A stretch of 64,000 nucleotides of DNA from a virus. Both the position numbers and the translations under genes were made by a program. The notes under the pieces were generated by a model. That model saw nothing but the letters and a program-made list of their open reading frames with translations. It was not told the origin of the DNA and searched no databases. Positions 10,901-18,720 of this stretch are shown here, in pieces. The stretch lies in IMG/VR virus record IMGVR_UViG_3300036768_001501, positions 27,514 through 91,513 of that record; one strand, 5' to 3'. Positions within the stretch are counted from its first letter, which is position 1, and every line of letters begins with the position of its first letter.

Positions 10901-13627
10901 AAGGCGTACGAATTGAAGCAAGATATTGAGGCCAGCAGGGGTAGTGCGTCTCTTGAAGCAGAGAGGGTTATTCTAGAGTCAGATATTGCAAGAAGGCGCC
11001 AGATGCTTGCGTACACTTCTGAGTCTAAAAAGAACCTTGCCCAGCTATCTGGTGACCTGTTGAGCGCAGTGTTGGGCGTGCAGCGCCCTGGTGATTTGCC
11101 TGGTGGGATAAAGAGATTTCGCGAGCTGCTTTTTGGTCTAGCCGGTGAAAGGCTAGAGCATGAAATGGCTTTGATTAGCAGCCAGTACGAGAGCCGGCTT
11201 ATGGAAGCCGAGCTTATGCCTGGGATGGCCGACGCCATTAAGCAATCAGCAGAATCTTTTCTTTTGAGCGCCGAAACGCAGGCTCGTTTATCGGCAATCG
11301 GGACTCTAGGAGGGATTGCTACTAGGCAAGCTGACGAAGCTAGCAGGCGCATTGCTGTTCGTCTTGAAAAATCTCAGTCTGAGGCACGTTTGGGCGCAAG
11401 CGCTTTGACGCTGGTCAATCCACTTAGCGAGACGACAGATGTAGCGGCTCGTATCTACGGTTCGATGTTGTCGCGTAGTGCCATTCAGGAGGCCGTTGCG
11501 TCTTTGGATCAGCAAATTAGTGAGTATGACGCTACTGCTCAAGAGGTGCGCAAGAGAATTCAAAGCATTGCCAGTACAGATGCAGAGCGCATTGCTGCAC
11601 GTGCAGAGTTGCAACGAATTGAAGAAAAGCGCAATGAGCTTGAGCGGCAACGAATTAATTTGCTCGCAGAAGGCAATGAGCGCTTAATTGAAGAGATTCA
11701 GCTTCGCATGGAGCTGTACCGTCGATCGTTTGCTGGCAGCATATTGTCAGGCCTCATTTCCGGTGGCCCGTTTGGGATGCTTCAGCCTCTTGCGCAGCGC
11801 GGTGAAGAGGCTTTGAATAAAGCCTTTGCTAGGCTTCTTGGTTACATTCCTGGCCCGCGCCGTGGAGTACAAGAACAGCGGGTAGAGGCCGAAAAGGTGC
11901 AGATCAATGTTTCTGGCGGCGATAGAAGGTACTCAATTGGCGGGCAGTTGATGGAAGATTTTAAGAACCTGCTTTCGCAGAATGTTGAGGAATCGAAAGC
12001 CGCTGAGGCAACTGGAAAGCAAGTTACTCAGGATGCCAAATCTCTTGGGAAAATGATCGCTGAAAAGCTTGGCATTTCTGACGCAGTTACCGCTTCTGTT
12101 GGTGCTTCTTATCAGGCATTTCGCATTATATCTGGTACTATTGAGACAGTGGATGAGATTCAAGATCGTATTCGCGCCCTGCGTAACCAGGTCGGCTGGA
12201 CGCTGAACCCAGATAAGTACGCGCAGCGTGCTATGGCCGAAGTGTTGAGGCCGTTTGGGCTGGGTGGTTTTGGCAAGATTATTGGCATGAGTAATTTGGG
12301 CAAGGGCCTTTCCGCCGCAGGACTAACTGGAGTTGGAGCTGGTGTTGGCTTTTTGGTTGGTGGACCAGTTGGAGCTGCTATCGGGGCAGGGCTTGGAGCT
12401 CTCTTAGGCGCGTTTGGGGCATCTGGGTTTGGCTTGTTTAGGCCGCCAACTCCAGCTTCGCGTTTGCGTCGCGGATTGCAGCGTGTTTTCGATGAGCTTG
12501 GCATTCCGCGTGATGCTCGTGGCGGACGTGGAATTTCGTTTATGCCGACGGAGTACAGCGAGATTACCGGAGAAGTTGGCGCAGCCACTGGTTTGTACTT
12601 GCGCAAGCGTTATCCTGGGCTTGGCGACTTGGGCCTTTTGCCGATTCGTATGATCTATGCAACCGCACAGGCCGGCAAGGCTCTTGGGTTGGCGCGTGAA
12701 GATACTGAGTACTTGGCCCGCTCTGTATCGAAGAAGCTCGTTCCATCGCTTGAGGCCGCTGCTATGGCGCTCGCTTCTCTCTATCGGAAGGGCGCTATCG
12801 GGCAGAAAGATTTCCTAAATGGCGCTGCTGGTATTGCTAGGATTTTTGGTGAGCTTCCGCCAGCGATTAATGCAGCCGCATTAGCTGTGAATGCATTTGC
12901 CCGCGACGGAAGCATTAGCTTCGAGCGCCTGAAACGTACAATCCAGGATGCGCAACAGGTTGTCTCTCGTGGCATTGCTGACGCCGTACGGCTCGGTGTT
13001 GAGTCAGGTGGAAGCGTTGCGCTGACTGGGCAGGCGATCGGTGACGCATTTTCTGATGCTTTCTTGCAGCGCGTGACCGAGCGCCTGATGCAGCGAAAGG
13101 ACATTGGTGACGCTTTGACGCGGGCTGTAGCTGAGGCTGAATCTGCTGCCGAGCTGCTTGCCGAGGGGCGTACTCAGGAATACGCAGTTCAGATTCAGAA
13201 AGTTATGTCCTTAATAGCCGAGTCGCAAACAAAAGTGGCTCAGATCATTTCTCCAGTGACGCAAGCACTCTATAGTGTTCGCACGACTCTTGGCATCGGT
13301 GCTCCAGGCGTTTATGCCCAGATTGGGTTCGGTGCATACAACTCCCAGTATATTGCCAATCAGCCCGCTAGGTACTTGTACAAAGATACTGGAGAAAGCG
13401 CTACTGCGTATGCGCCAAGGGCCTTCAGGCATGAAGACATTGAGAAAATGGGCCAGGTGATTGCTGGTGCTGTAGCAACAGCAATTGAACGTAGCAGTAG
13501 CGGCCAAAGGGTTACGATTAATGTCGATGGTGGAGAGTTCGGTACCGCTGTCAGCGGTGTTATGTACAAGCAGTCAAAGACTAGGGGAATTCAAGTTTCT
13601 ACACCACAGATGTTTGGGTTGGAGTAA
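1904..13627 (+). CDS. Tape measure protein, 3907 aa
   Basis: Very long and mostly helical/coiled-coil, Ala/Gly-rich hydrophobic segments (e.g. GAGVGFLVGGPVGAAIGAGLGALLG), a typical ...VTINVDGGEFG C-terminus, and position after G/GT. Confidence 0.85.
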   Translation: MAKREDISVELDVSVTEELNKQATSVTKISSAISSIKSGAQEAAGPIKQIATDMKSIATSSSDFVKSFGDLRKAFDELKKLNVSAATEKLKKGQEKIEEFTSKVRGAASELADLTNKISSATSGIVSASEGIKSVSTAVSSLSTSIERANAVIDAFASRARQLSEAVQSVANSVARISELEAKTQSAETRAKTETAKRRAARRRQPEPEPEPTPEPSRGGRRIVSRISAVGQYVRTEPEPPPRPRRGGARASAVQQYWHTAPMVTNVLPSDGNEKPEPPPRSRRGGSHAHTYVVRQYGYTAPMATNVAPSYKRTKQHGAHESTIGPGHYVHVPAVIYPSEKEPPRGYRYGFGFGEDPTKLYPIMSEYATEIMSHGLRRRIGFQPGGSEFVVREDAPLQMKQRLASPKYRAQLAQFLSRLESGRAPSAASGTRLYPTASASLSTPISMQAASLSTPISMQAGGVYAGPSDSGSGGGTIMGHASVITTETPRRRRGGRRPSLYRWMDVREAKRRFADLSDRPLDEILDLLKTKEEREALKKKTQAVQTGQFRILDLTNEVEDFFRAKREEELKKLPKKEREFRSPFYIPEEIDITEDPVMHAMLKVYKDLKKVPEAMHFVATRAREKLSGERVRQFREVLSQAGFSEEDIEKGRFHVPFVPLSLAADMSDRAALANIMLGGGGRKQAVISYALKHAPHALTPAGSAFTTAIFERGLGSELFSEAYLQAFAQARPETQTYIMKRLSSLPRSKEYQYAQRMRLFFADLYKRSPEPAVKLMRELGPAVESLSFSPQDIVSLWRGIRSAVPGGLEKVRTFTDFLKFVAPAQQKVWSGTFVGRTLVLSSAIRDLKEQYEKGELSKGNIEDLKSLAASVRLLSRSFRTPKERQLSQLEVGKRINDLIGKITGSKFYKVLPANVQRDIDHLISNTVAPMLGEPEHADIQQLFDVASDIRIKLFGRQAETVGQMLRRLSDHARKVLPKGEFRAFEKTLEEYRPAKGQKVSSDVVFKKIYQDVMYGRFGSEELSQKVRGVMSSEWHRVRTAHDPFEHARKHTGADIVGDELKDAYIKQRSLHAMTQDIFDILPGPSPYKYYGVRAPLFVSAEPYEEQAKIALVTRAKMKYLPAFKDKNFISGIARLYEIFGGVNPAKLIEKAESGNAIAALEAKMLLPKKGEDWLQHLGKLILSHRVGTSLDIFGRNINEAIRRQREEARAMRRRMRMMKKIEQEARRNDPFADKKLEAALEAEEPLKRVFSTMYGRAGVKLQEKQLERLVDLTLGSDFWAALRYQDALEVQKKPERFVMTMMELLGFPSASVVGMGKLPSYEQLVESLAKHGDAFVSNAIGISRDVERELQMLGLGNIIANEVSKASGTEEAAKKDRSRKKEVGAAELTPSESDASKIKRALRNKGTKLSKKTANIPLTAQELIEMAANLGKGRRSIPEGVDIESAFEQRKKNIAEFASLLGIDPKSQAGQKRLKGWEEYLEKLKESGNISQLVFPNVAEWLLASGVRGRPTPEVEEMNLRIASWLHEHGLLAGTSNTILRWRKFFEEQGGQVTNAIASQMIKPSKPSGPQASAVFTPMMAGGMYSGMPSGGMSMVGEGTYSTGPTMQFGQYSFTPYAESGSPRAMAAGGGGGKGGGGKGGGKKGGGFFGFFGGGGGDDDGGDDEEEKEPPKKQKRGRKKKSSEEEIDWTAPRSATGDKTIDFIVDRVTKMVSAIRKPELTMPGSQESFFREIVMPAIEVLNALGVSGKPVSGPLKGRAGKKLKNQLKQMGIDVEKMSDIDLGIIAGMPKDLFDYLKYLFKTTPATPRQRSRASESLEHITETAILQGKVAGGEVDLYPWQMQTIKRLASLLGPEVGQFAYGLFQMGNMFKTLTQASQLAASSPSPYLYEKRVTTGPAKQTYIKARRGKAMASAADLIAKAESQAEAFRMISEGASLLPPKDLAKAIETYMKTGDEEVFKQTVDSMLRRESAKTQYEQKILQKRNVVDELKRIELTKKAVEMIRSGKTKLRDVDDVVKYLEIKEEYGKEVGKQFYDELVKQQEALDALTKERKQRLEAQKKVDEQKRKTKEAIEKAKRAREEEILPSEAARQWQELAQFGKPLYFGRRRFTRQYFEREFGVDFARFIPTEEHIDALVRLRKLQAEAGSVAAAREAEKTFSALFATQRQREMMVDWKRRRREIEREQLEADRLQREMEINRQAMENIRLRKTPLKDLRLETQAVRIEMAARRAGYSEEEVRQRGASFRQTAIQYEREQTHFRRLKISWEELLRYMGRVFIGLQAFDMLRRAIDVATNVTFGFARQMQDLRIGVVSSVTALNRFTVGGRGAEFGMREQVQLAASETQGTIMLMKQYALKFGVPLDQLLEGYQTAAGVARQAGFTGPNVVKAISSLVAFSQAMNISMSTLARTIDNVFTGQRVAQVTLGRMLGLSERKVRELVAKGTFREELMRRLEPVAEAVQQMGDTSIRVQSARTLSAMMIYFNQFTQPVMDVVARGIGIAGAPFKSLANEMILKEALYPDRSFLSKSFDYGRDFMLPMGATIGSIVISRVITHAMRNAAMEAAKQVGGAATGGLMSRLIAYVLGAGAGAAGGGILRSAMARIAGFSLTRFIASRPLLALLSGALTSGGVLMPQILLTMLLTGGTLGLTYLLSRSRSQKLSGENLAEAVSIALNEEARKAVLENRGMDVVRSKMGIYGPTQGAPEARPSSSALYGLLPLPGPGYLHPSPTPTPTPAITATSTPTVTPTATPTVTPTSPPGGTAVDLSAEGGEPSKEVKSVSQLLDSAGKIKEKLEGDREQYEQSVLRGLAIPVEVMKVTQQHIQEGQNKLAALNALLERLRESSDANAQATANKLEGIVGSLSTALSQFSDTIYDAEELVKLETEALRSRAAAAKARGQLAIARAQYKAQRGFAVSPEEWRQAIETGRLAEIPLVEEELRRTLEALPDEFKSLSAPPSMEQMRDYIQRREEAKKAAQAGGNLSREYIDREARRLYSQYLKAYELKQDIEASRGSASLEAERVILESDIARRRQMLAYTSESKKNLAQLSGDLLSAVLGVQRPGDLPGGIKRFRELLFGLAGERLEHEMALISSQYESRLMEAELMPGMADAIKQSAESFLLSAETQARLSAIGTLGGIATRQADEASRRIAVRLEKSQSEARLGASALTLVNPLSETTDVAARIYGSMLSRSAIQEAVASLDQQISEYDATAQEVRKRIQSIASTDAERIAARAELQRIEEKRNELERQRINLLAEGNERLIEEIQLRMELYRRSFAGSILSGLISGGPFGMLQPLAQRGEEALNKAFARLLGYIPGPRRGVQEQRVEAEKVQINVSGGDRRYSIGGQLMEDFKNLLSQNVEESKAAEATGKQVTQDAKSLGKMIAEKLGISDAVTASVGASYQAFRIISGTIETVDEIQDRIRALRNQVGWTLNPDKYAQRAMAEVLRPFGLGGFGKIIGMSNLGKGLSAAGLTGVGAGVGFLVGGPVGAAIGAGLGALLGAFGASGFGLFRPPTPASRLRRGLQRVFDELGIPRDARGGRGISFMPTEYSEITGEVGAATGLYLRKRYPGLGDLGLLPIRMIYATAQAGKALGLAREDTEYLARSVSKKLVPSLEAAAMALASLYRKGAIGQKDFLNGAAGIARIFGELPPAINAAALAVNAFARDGSISFERLKRTIQDAQQVVSRGIADAVRLGVESGGSVALTGQAIGDAFSDAFLQRVTERLMQRKDIGDALTRAVAEAESAAELLAEGRTQEYAVQIQKVMSLIAESQTKVAQIISPVTQALYSVRTTLGIGAPGVYAQIGFGAYNSQYIANQPARYLYKDTGESATAYAPRAFRHEDIEKMGQVIAGAVATAIERSSSGQRVTINVDGGEFGTAVSGVMYKQSKTRGIQVSTPQMFGLE
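3218..3283 (+). repeat. Perfect 33-bp tandem duplication in the tape measure gene (ASLSTPISMQA x2)
   Basis: gctagcttatcaacccctatcagcatgcaagct at 3218-3250 and 3251-3283. Confidence 0.95.
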
Positions 13628-13630
13628 GGA

Positions 13631-16600
13631 ATGAAAACGATTCGTGCAGGCAGTGCTGGGTCAACAGAGATTATTGTTGTAACGAACGAGCTTGAGCCGT
13701 CGTCTATTTCTTTCGGCTCAAACCAGTCCGGCGACGGACTGCGCGTGATGCGCGTTCGTGGATCAAGCACGAATCTCGGGCGGTCGTGGCTAAGGGCGTA
13801 CGGCAAGTTGTCCGGCATGAACATTACGCCGCAGTCGGTCACCATCGATGTTTCTGGTAGCTCATCTGTTGTTCAATCAGGAAAGATTCCGACAATCGAT
13901 ACTATTATCAAAATGGTTAACCTTATCATGCAGGGCGATGATACATTTACAATTTCAGATGTTATAAAGCTGGTTAATGCCGCCCTAACTGATACGCCAA
14001 TGGATATGATGCACGGCGATACTGACAATATGCAGTCCCAGTTGGCATATCCTGTCTGGTACGCTGTGCGCGGCGGTACGCGCTATGGTGTTAGCCGTAG
14101 CTTTGCTGATCCATCTTTTGTTGGTCTGAATGACTTTTTCCCCAGCTCGGTGACGGCCCGCCAGCCTGGGTGCATTAATGATGTAAACGGCGGAAACAAA
14201 TGGACTATTAAATGCTTGGATATGATTCGCTGGAACGATCATATTTTCGTTGCTGTTGGGGCGGTGTACGGGCCATCGTCTGGCGGCAATAGCAACGATA
14301 CATGCGCCGTGATGGTTTATGATGTTGACATTAAGCGTGGTTCACCTATGGCATTGATTGGTGGTGTGTATGATGTATATCGGTACTTGTTCCCATCAAA
14401 TTATTCCCGCTCTGGGACAAGGACAGCATCTCTGATTGATGTTTCATTGGCTGTAGTTGATGGCGTCATCTATGTTGGTGTGCTTGGTCAGCTACAGCAG
14501 GGTACAAATGATGAGAGATTTGCAAATATCTTTTCATTGCCAGTCGCTCTGTATCCTGTGCTGTGTAAGTCCAGCCAATTTCAGGTTGGGTCTGATGGTG
14601 TTATTACATTTACGGTTGATGTTCCGATTTTCAAGAATGTAATTAGTGGAGACGAGGTATGTATTACTCGCGGTGCTTTGTCATCTTACCAGAGCGCAAC
14701 TGGTGTGTTTGTTGTCCAGAGTCGTCTTTCTGATTATAGTGTTACGCTTGTAGCAAAGGATAAGAGCGGCACATTTTTTGGCGGTAGTAGCGCTACGCCA
14801 AGGGAGACACTTACCAGCGCAAATAGCTCTAGTTTTTCATGTTATGTTGCAATTTCTAAGATGTTGAATCCGTCCAGGCCGCGTGGCCATGCTAGGCGGT
14901 CCGAGCTCTTCGCCGGCTGCCCGAATGTTATTGATATTGCTGACAACCAGTCTGGCGGTTTGATTATAGCTCATGATTCAAGAGAGACGTTTAATATTTT
15001 TGGATACTCTAATACGCGCACTTACACTTATGTCTTGCAGGCCAATGATCATGACAGCATTGGCAGAAAGATTCGCTTTGTATTGCCGCCGACGTATTCT
15101 GGCGTTGAGGATATAAGTGGACTTGGGAAAGCCATTTACCTCAAGAAGATTTCCGGTCTTTCGCTTCCTGGAGTACTGCCAGGGTCGTCCATTCGTATCT
15201 TGAGCGGTATTAGCAATGCCCCAAAGACATTTATGATTCAATCGCGCTATCAGTACGGGGATAGTGCGAATGAGAACAAGAGCTATTATGTCATCGGAAA
15301 TACTAGCGACTTGGACGCAACGTCAAACGCAGTCTTTAGCCAATATGTCGAAGTTGAGGTTGAGGTTCCGGTAGCTAATGCTCTATCTGGACATGTTGCG
15401 GCAAACATTGATTTGAAAAACGGCGAAACAATTACAGCTATGCATGTTCCGTTTACGTGGAGTGCATATCCGATCAAGTCTGAGAAAGTAATTTATGTTG
15501 GTACAAATATGGGTCGTATTTTCCGTACGATTGATGGCGGGGCGTCGTGGGATGAAATATATTCACCGCTTTATGGGCAGAATAACCGCGCGGGGAAGAA
15601 TTTCCCTGTTTTGTCAATCTTTTGTTTTCATATGGATGATCCGCGCGATATTACATTTTCGTCTATTCAGCGTGTTGGTGCTGCCGGATCAAGGCAGTAT
15701 AAACTTAGCGTGTCTGGCACAGGGAAAATATATTGGTGGCCGTACCAAGCGTTTGAGCTGCGGATTGGGTCTGCTCGGTTAGTTTGTGTGCGCTCCGAGC
15801 TGATAAAGGGGAAGAGCGGAACATTTCAAATTTCTAATGGTTCGCAGGAATTTGATTTTATTGTTAGCAATGAGTCGGATACTACTGTTCTTGATGGTTA
15901 CGTTGGTCAGACAAATAAAACATTTACATTTGTTCCTTTGCCAGATGTAATTGCTACCAGCAGAAACGGCATTGTTGTGCGGGCGCATCACTATGACCTG
16001 AAGAATGGTTTTATGGTTCTTTCTGCGCCTGCGCAAAGCGGCAGTAATCCTGCCGTTCCGGCTGATTTTAATGTTGAAGATAAGGACCCTGATTATGGCC
16101 AAAAAGTAATGCTTGATACATCAGTTGATTTGATTGATCAGTCTTGGGACGTTCTCGGGCCGATTGGTAGCGGGAATGCCCCGATGACCAACAATGGCGG
16201 TGTTTACAATTCAACGCAAATTGCCGGCTGTATCGTCGAGTCCGGTGGAACAGTCCGTTATGTTACCGGTGGATCAACTCATGTTAGTTGGCCTAGGTTG
16301 AATTTTACGAATAGCAACAATGAGCCTATTTCTAGCGTTTCTGTTTGCCGTGCAGTGTATGGTAGTTCTGACTCTAGCAATAAAGTTATGATAATATTTG
16401 GTGGCGGTGGAAAGTTTTCTGGCTATGTCGGGACCAATCAAACTACAATCAATGTTTCATGGAATTATGTCGGAATTGGTGCCATTGGCAGCACGGTGTC
16501 AGTTAAAGATACAGTTGCGACAAACAATGTGAATCTCTCATCGGCTGTATCTGAGACTGTTCCTGGATTGAATGCTGGCTCTACCATTACTGCCACAGGC

Positions 16601-18718
16601 GGACTTTATATTGCTGAAGTGAATGAGAATTCAACGAATGTTCAGTACGGTATGGCGTTCTTTATGGCCGACTCACAAGGCAATGTTTATGCCTGCTCCC
16701 CTATGGTTAGCAACTTTGAGGCGCAGGCCCTGAAGTTCAATTACGTGACCAGTGTGCCCGGATCAATCAATGCAATTGATGTCTCTTTTGATGATGCGAA
16801 CGGTACGTTAAAGACGAATCTGTTTCTCGCCGGAGTTGCGCGCGACGGTACGCCTACAGTATGGTTGCTGACCTGGACCGGAAATGACCCAATAAATGCT
16901 TGGCCTTATGCAGTAAGACAGATTGATAATAATAACATAAAGGAGGCCGCTCGTTCTCCAAAAGATGTGATCCAGGCAGCATTGCCGGATGTACCAAAGG
17001 AGATCGTTGCGTCACCTCGTATATTAGTTGCAGGCCAGAATCATCTTATGATTGCGCGGCAGGGGATTTTTTCTGGAGTTCAACTATCAAAGCCATGCCT
17101 ACTGAGCTTGTCTGGTGGCTCTCTTTTGTTGGCCGTTGTGAATGAAACAGGCAGGGCAATTGATATTTACTCCGCGAGTGCTCCTGGGCTTGTATTTTCA
17201 TTGATCAGTTCATATAAGCCGTCAAAGACTTCATTCGCATCTTGGGCTGATGCGCCAAGGCCGCGCTTAATGGAGACTGAGTTTGGCGAGATTATCTTGT
17301 TCTTTGATAATGATATTCGCGTCAGCGTTGACGGCGGGCGGAGCTGGCATACTGGTTTGTCGGACAAGATTCCGCTGCCTGTCAGCTTTAGTAAACCGAG
17401 CGATCAGCACGCAACTGATCCTGCAGCAGTGCTTGCGCCGGTCTTTGGTACCGTTGGATATTTATACAAGAAGAATACAAGTACCGATGCTGCTTTTAGG
17501 TTTGCCAGATCAATGACCGACAGTGCTGCAGATGCGGTTGGTTGTCCGGCTATTCCGAACAAGGAGCTGCTGGTCGGGCTTAAAAATCTAGTGATCAGTT
17601 TCTCCGGTGAGCCACAGGGAGGCGATAGGTTCTCCATTGACCTGGACTATGCAAATGGCGCAAGCCTTCTCGGTGCCAAGTCTCCGTCTGTGGCATTGGA
17701 GGTTGATATTTCTAGTTCCGATGCGGAGCTCGTATGGGACAGAATGTCTCAAAAGTATGATAGCAACAGAAAAATATGGAATGTTGATGCCATTGGTCTG
17801 TTTGGGATTAACTTTTCAAAGGCGGAGATTAAATTAAGCAAAGCAAGTGACTTGGGCAGTAACCCGACTTTTTATTCTGCTACACTGCACTCGTTTGTTA
17901 TGCCGGACGGGTCTTTCGCCGATGGATATTCAGATGGCTACTCAATTAGTGGATGTAAGGCTTTTGCGGACATGATCTATGTGCCTAGCGCTACGCTTAA
18001 TCATGGCGTATTTCGGCCTGGGAGAAGGCAATACTATGTGGTTGTAATTACCAGCGGACCTAATTCTCAAACTTATGTAGCAAAGATTCTAGATAACACA
18101 AAGAATACCCTTGTTGTTGAGTACGGCAGTAATCCTAATTTTAGTAGCGCTACTAATGTTCAGATCAAGATTTTTTCTGACAGGATGTTTTCTGTTCTGA
18201 AAAATGTCGAAGGTCATGATTACACGAAGGATGTTGATGGAGATTATCCTTATCGGTACTGCCGGTTTGTGAGGGTTAGGGTTCCCAGCGTCGCAACATC
18301 TGGCCAATATGTTTATGGCTCAAAAGCGCGCATTGGTGTCGTTGCCCACGGTGTTGCAACGCCGTACGGCAATCTAACGTACCGAGGTGAATCTAAACAT
18401 AAATTCTCGCGTGGCTTCAGTTACCGCGAGCGCCACTTCCGCACTGTCCGTGAAACGGAGACAGGGCAGGTGAGTGTTGTTGAGCTCAGCTCCAAGCCGC
18501 GCCTTGAGCTGACGCTGGAGTATGACGACGCGCTCTGGGAAGACCGTGATATGACAATGGCCTCCATGCTGCCTGCGCTTAAGAAGCCCGTGATCCTTGT
18601 GCTGGACTCCAATGATCCGCAATCAGCCGAGTGGATGGAGCTCGCAGAAGAGCCGGTTGTTAAAAATACATTTGCCGACCGGTACACATGGGAAGTCACT
18701 TGGCGTGAGGTCGTATAG
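13631..18718 (+). CDS. Large tail-tip/distal tail protein with Asp-box (BNR) motifs
   Basis: Follows the tape measure; beta-rich; Asp-box-like RTIDGGASW and VSVDGGRSW; Dit-like C-terminus. Confidence 0.6.
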   Translation: MKTIRAGSAGSTEIIVVTNELEPSSISFGSNQSGDGLRVMRVRGSSTNLGRSWLRAYGKLSGMNITPQSVTIDVSGSSSVVQSGKIPTIDTIIKMVNLIMQGDDTFTISDVIKLVNAALTDTPMDMMHGDTDNMQSQLAYPVWYAVRGGTRYGVSRSFADPSFVGLNDFFPSSVTARQPGCINDVNGGNKWTIKCLDMIRWNDHIFVAVGAVYGPSSGGNSNDTCAVMVYDVDIKRGSPMALIGGVYDVYRYLFPSNYSRSGTRTASLIDVSLAVVDGVIYVGVLGQLQQGTNDERFANIFSLPVALYPVLCKSSQFQVGSDGVITFTVDVPIFKNVISGDEVCITRGALSSYQSATGVFVVQSRLSDYSVTLVAKDKSGTFFGGSSATPRETLTSANSSSFSCYVAISKMLNPSRPRGHARRSELFAGCPNVIDIADNQSGGLIIAHDSRETFNIFGYSNTRTYTYVLQANDHDSIGRKIRFVLPPTYSGVEDISGLGKAIYLKKISGLSLPGVLPGSSIRILSGISNAPKTFMIQSRYQYGDSANENKSYYVIGNTSDLDATSNAVFSQYVEVEVEVPVANALSGHVAANIDLKNGETITAMHVPFTWSAYPIKSEKVIYVGTNMGRIFRTIDGGASWDEIYSPLYGQNNRAGKNFPVLSIFCFHMDDPRDITFSSIQRVGAAGSRQYKLSVSGTGKIYWWPYQAFELRIGSARLVCVRSELIKGKSGTFQISNGSQEFDFIVSNESDTTVLDGYVGQTNKTFTFVPLPDVIATSRNGIVVRAHHYDLKNGFMVLSAPAQSGSNPAVPADFNVEDKDPDYGQKVMLDTSVDLIDQSWDVLGPIGSGNAPMTNNGGVYNSTQIAGCIVESGGTVRYVTGGSTHVSWPRLNFTNSNNEPISSVSVCRAVYGSSDSSNKVMIIFGGGGKFSGYVGTNQTTINVSWNYVGIGAIGSTVSVKDTVATNNVNLSSAVSETVPGLNAGSTITATGGLYIAEVNENSTNVQYGMAFFMADSQGNVYACSPMVSNFEAQALKFNYVTSVPGSINAIDVSFDDANGTLKTNLFLAGVARDGTPTVWLLTWTGNDPINAWPYAVRQIDNNNIKEAARSPKDVIQAALPDVPKEIVASPRILVAGQNHLMIARQGIFSGVQLSKPCLLSLSGGSLLLAVVNETGRAIDIYSASAPGLVFSLISSYKPSKTSFASWADAPRPRLMETEFGEIILFFDNDIRVSVDGGRSWHTGLSDKIPLPVSFSKPSDQHATDPAAVLAPVFGTVGYLYKKNTSTDAAFRFARSMTDSAADAVGCPAIPNKELLVGLKNLVISFSGEPQGGDRFSIDLDYANGASLLGAKSPSVALEVDISSSDAELVWDRMSQKYDSNRKIWNVDAIGLFGINFSKAEIKLSKASDLGSNPTFYSATLHSFVMPDGSFADGYSDGYSISGCKAFADMIYVPSATLNHGVFRPGRRQYYVVVITSGPNSQTYVAKILDNTKNTLVVEYGSNPNFSSATNVQIKIFSDRMFSVLKNVEGHDYTKDVDGDYPYRYCRFVRVRVPSVATSGQYVYGSKARIGVVAHGVATPYGNLTYRGESKHKFSRGFSYRERHFRTVRETETGQVSVVELSSKPRLELTLEYDDALWEDRDMTMASMLPALKKPVILVLDSNDPQSAEWMELAEEPVVKNTFADRYTWEVTWREVV

Positions 18719-18720
18719 TT

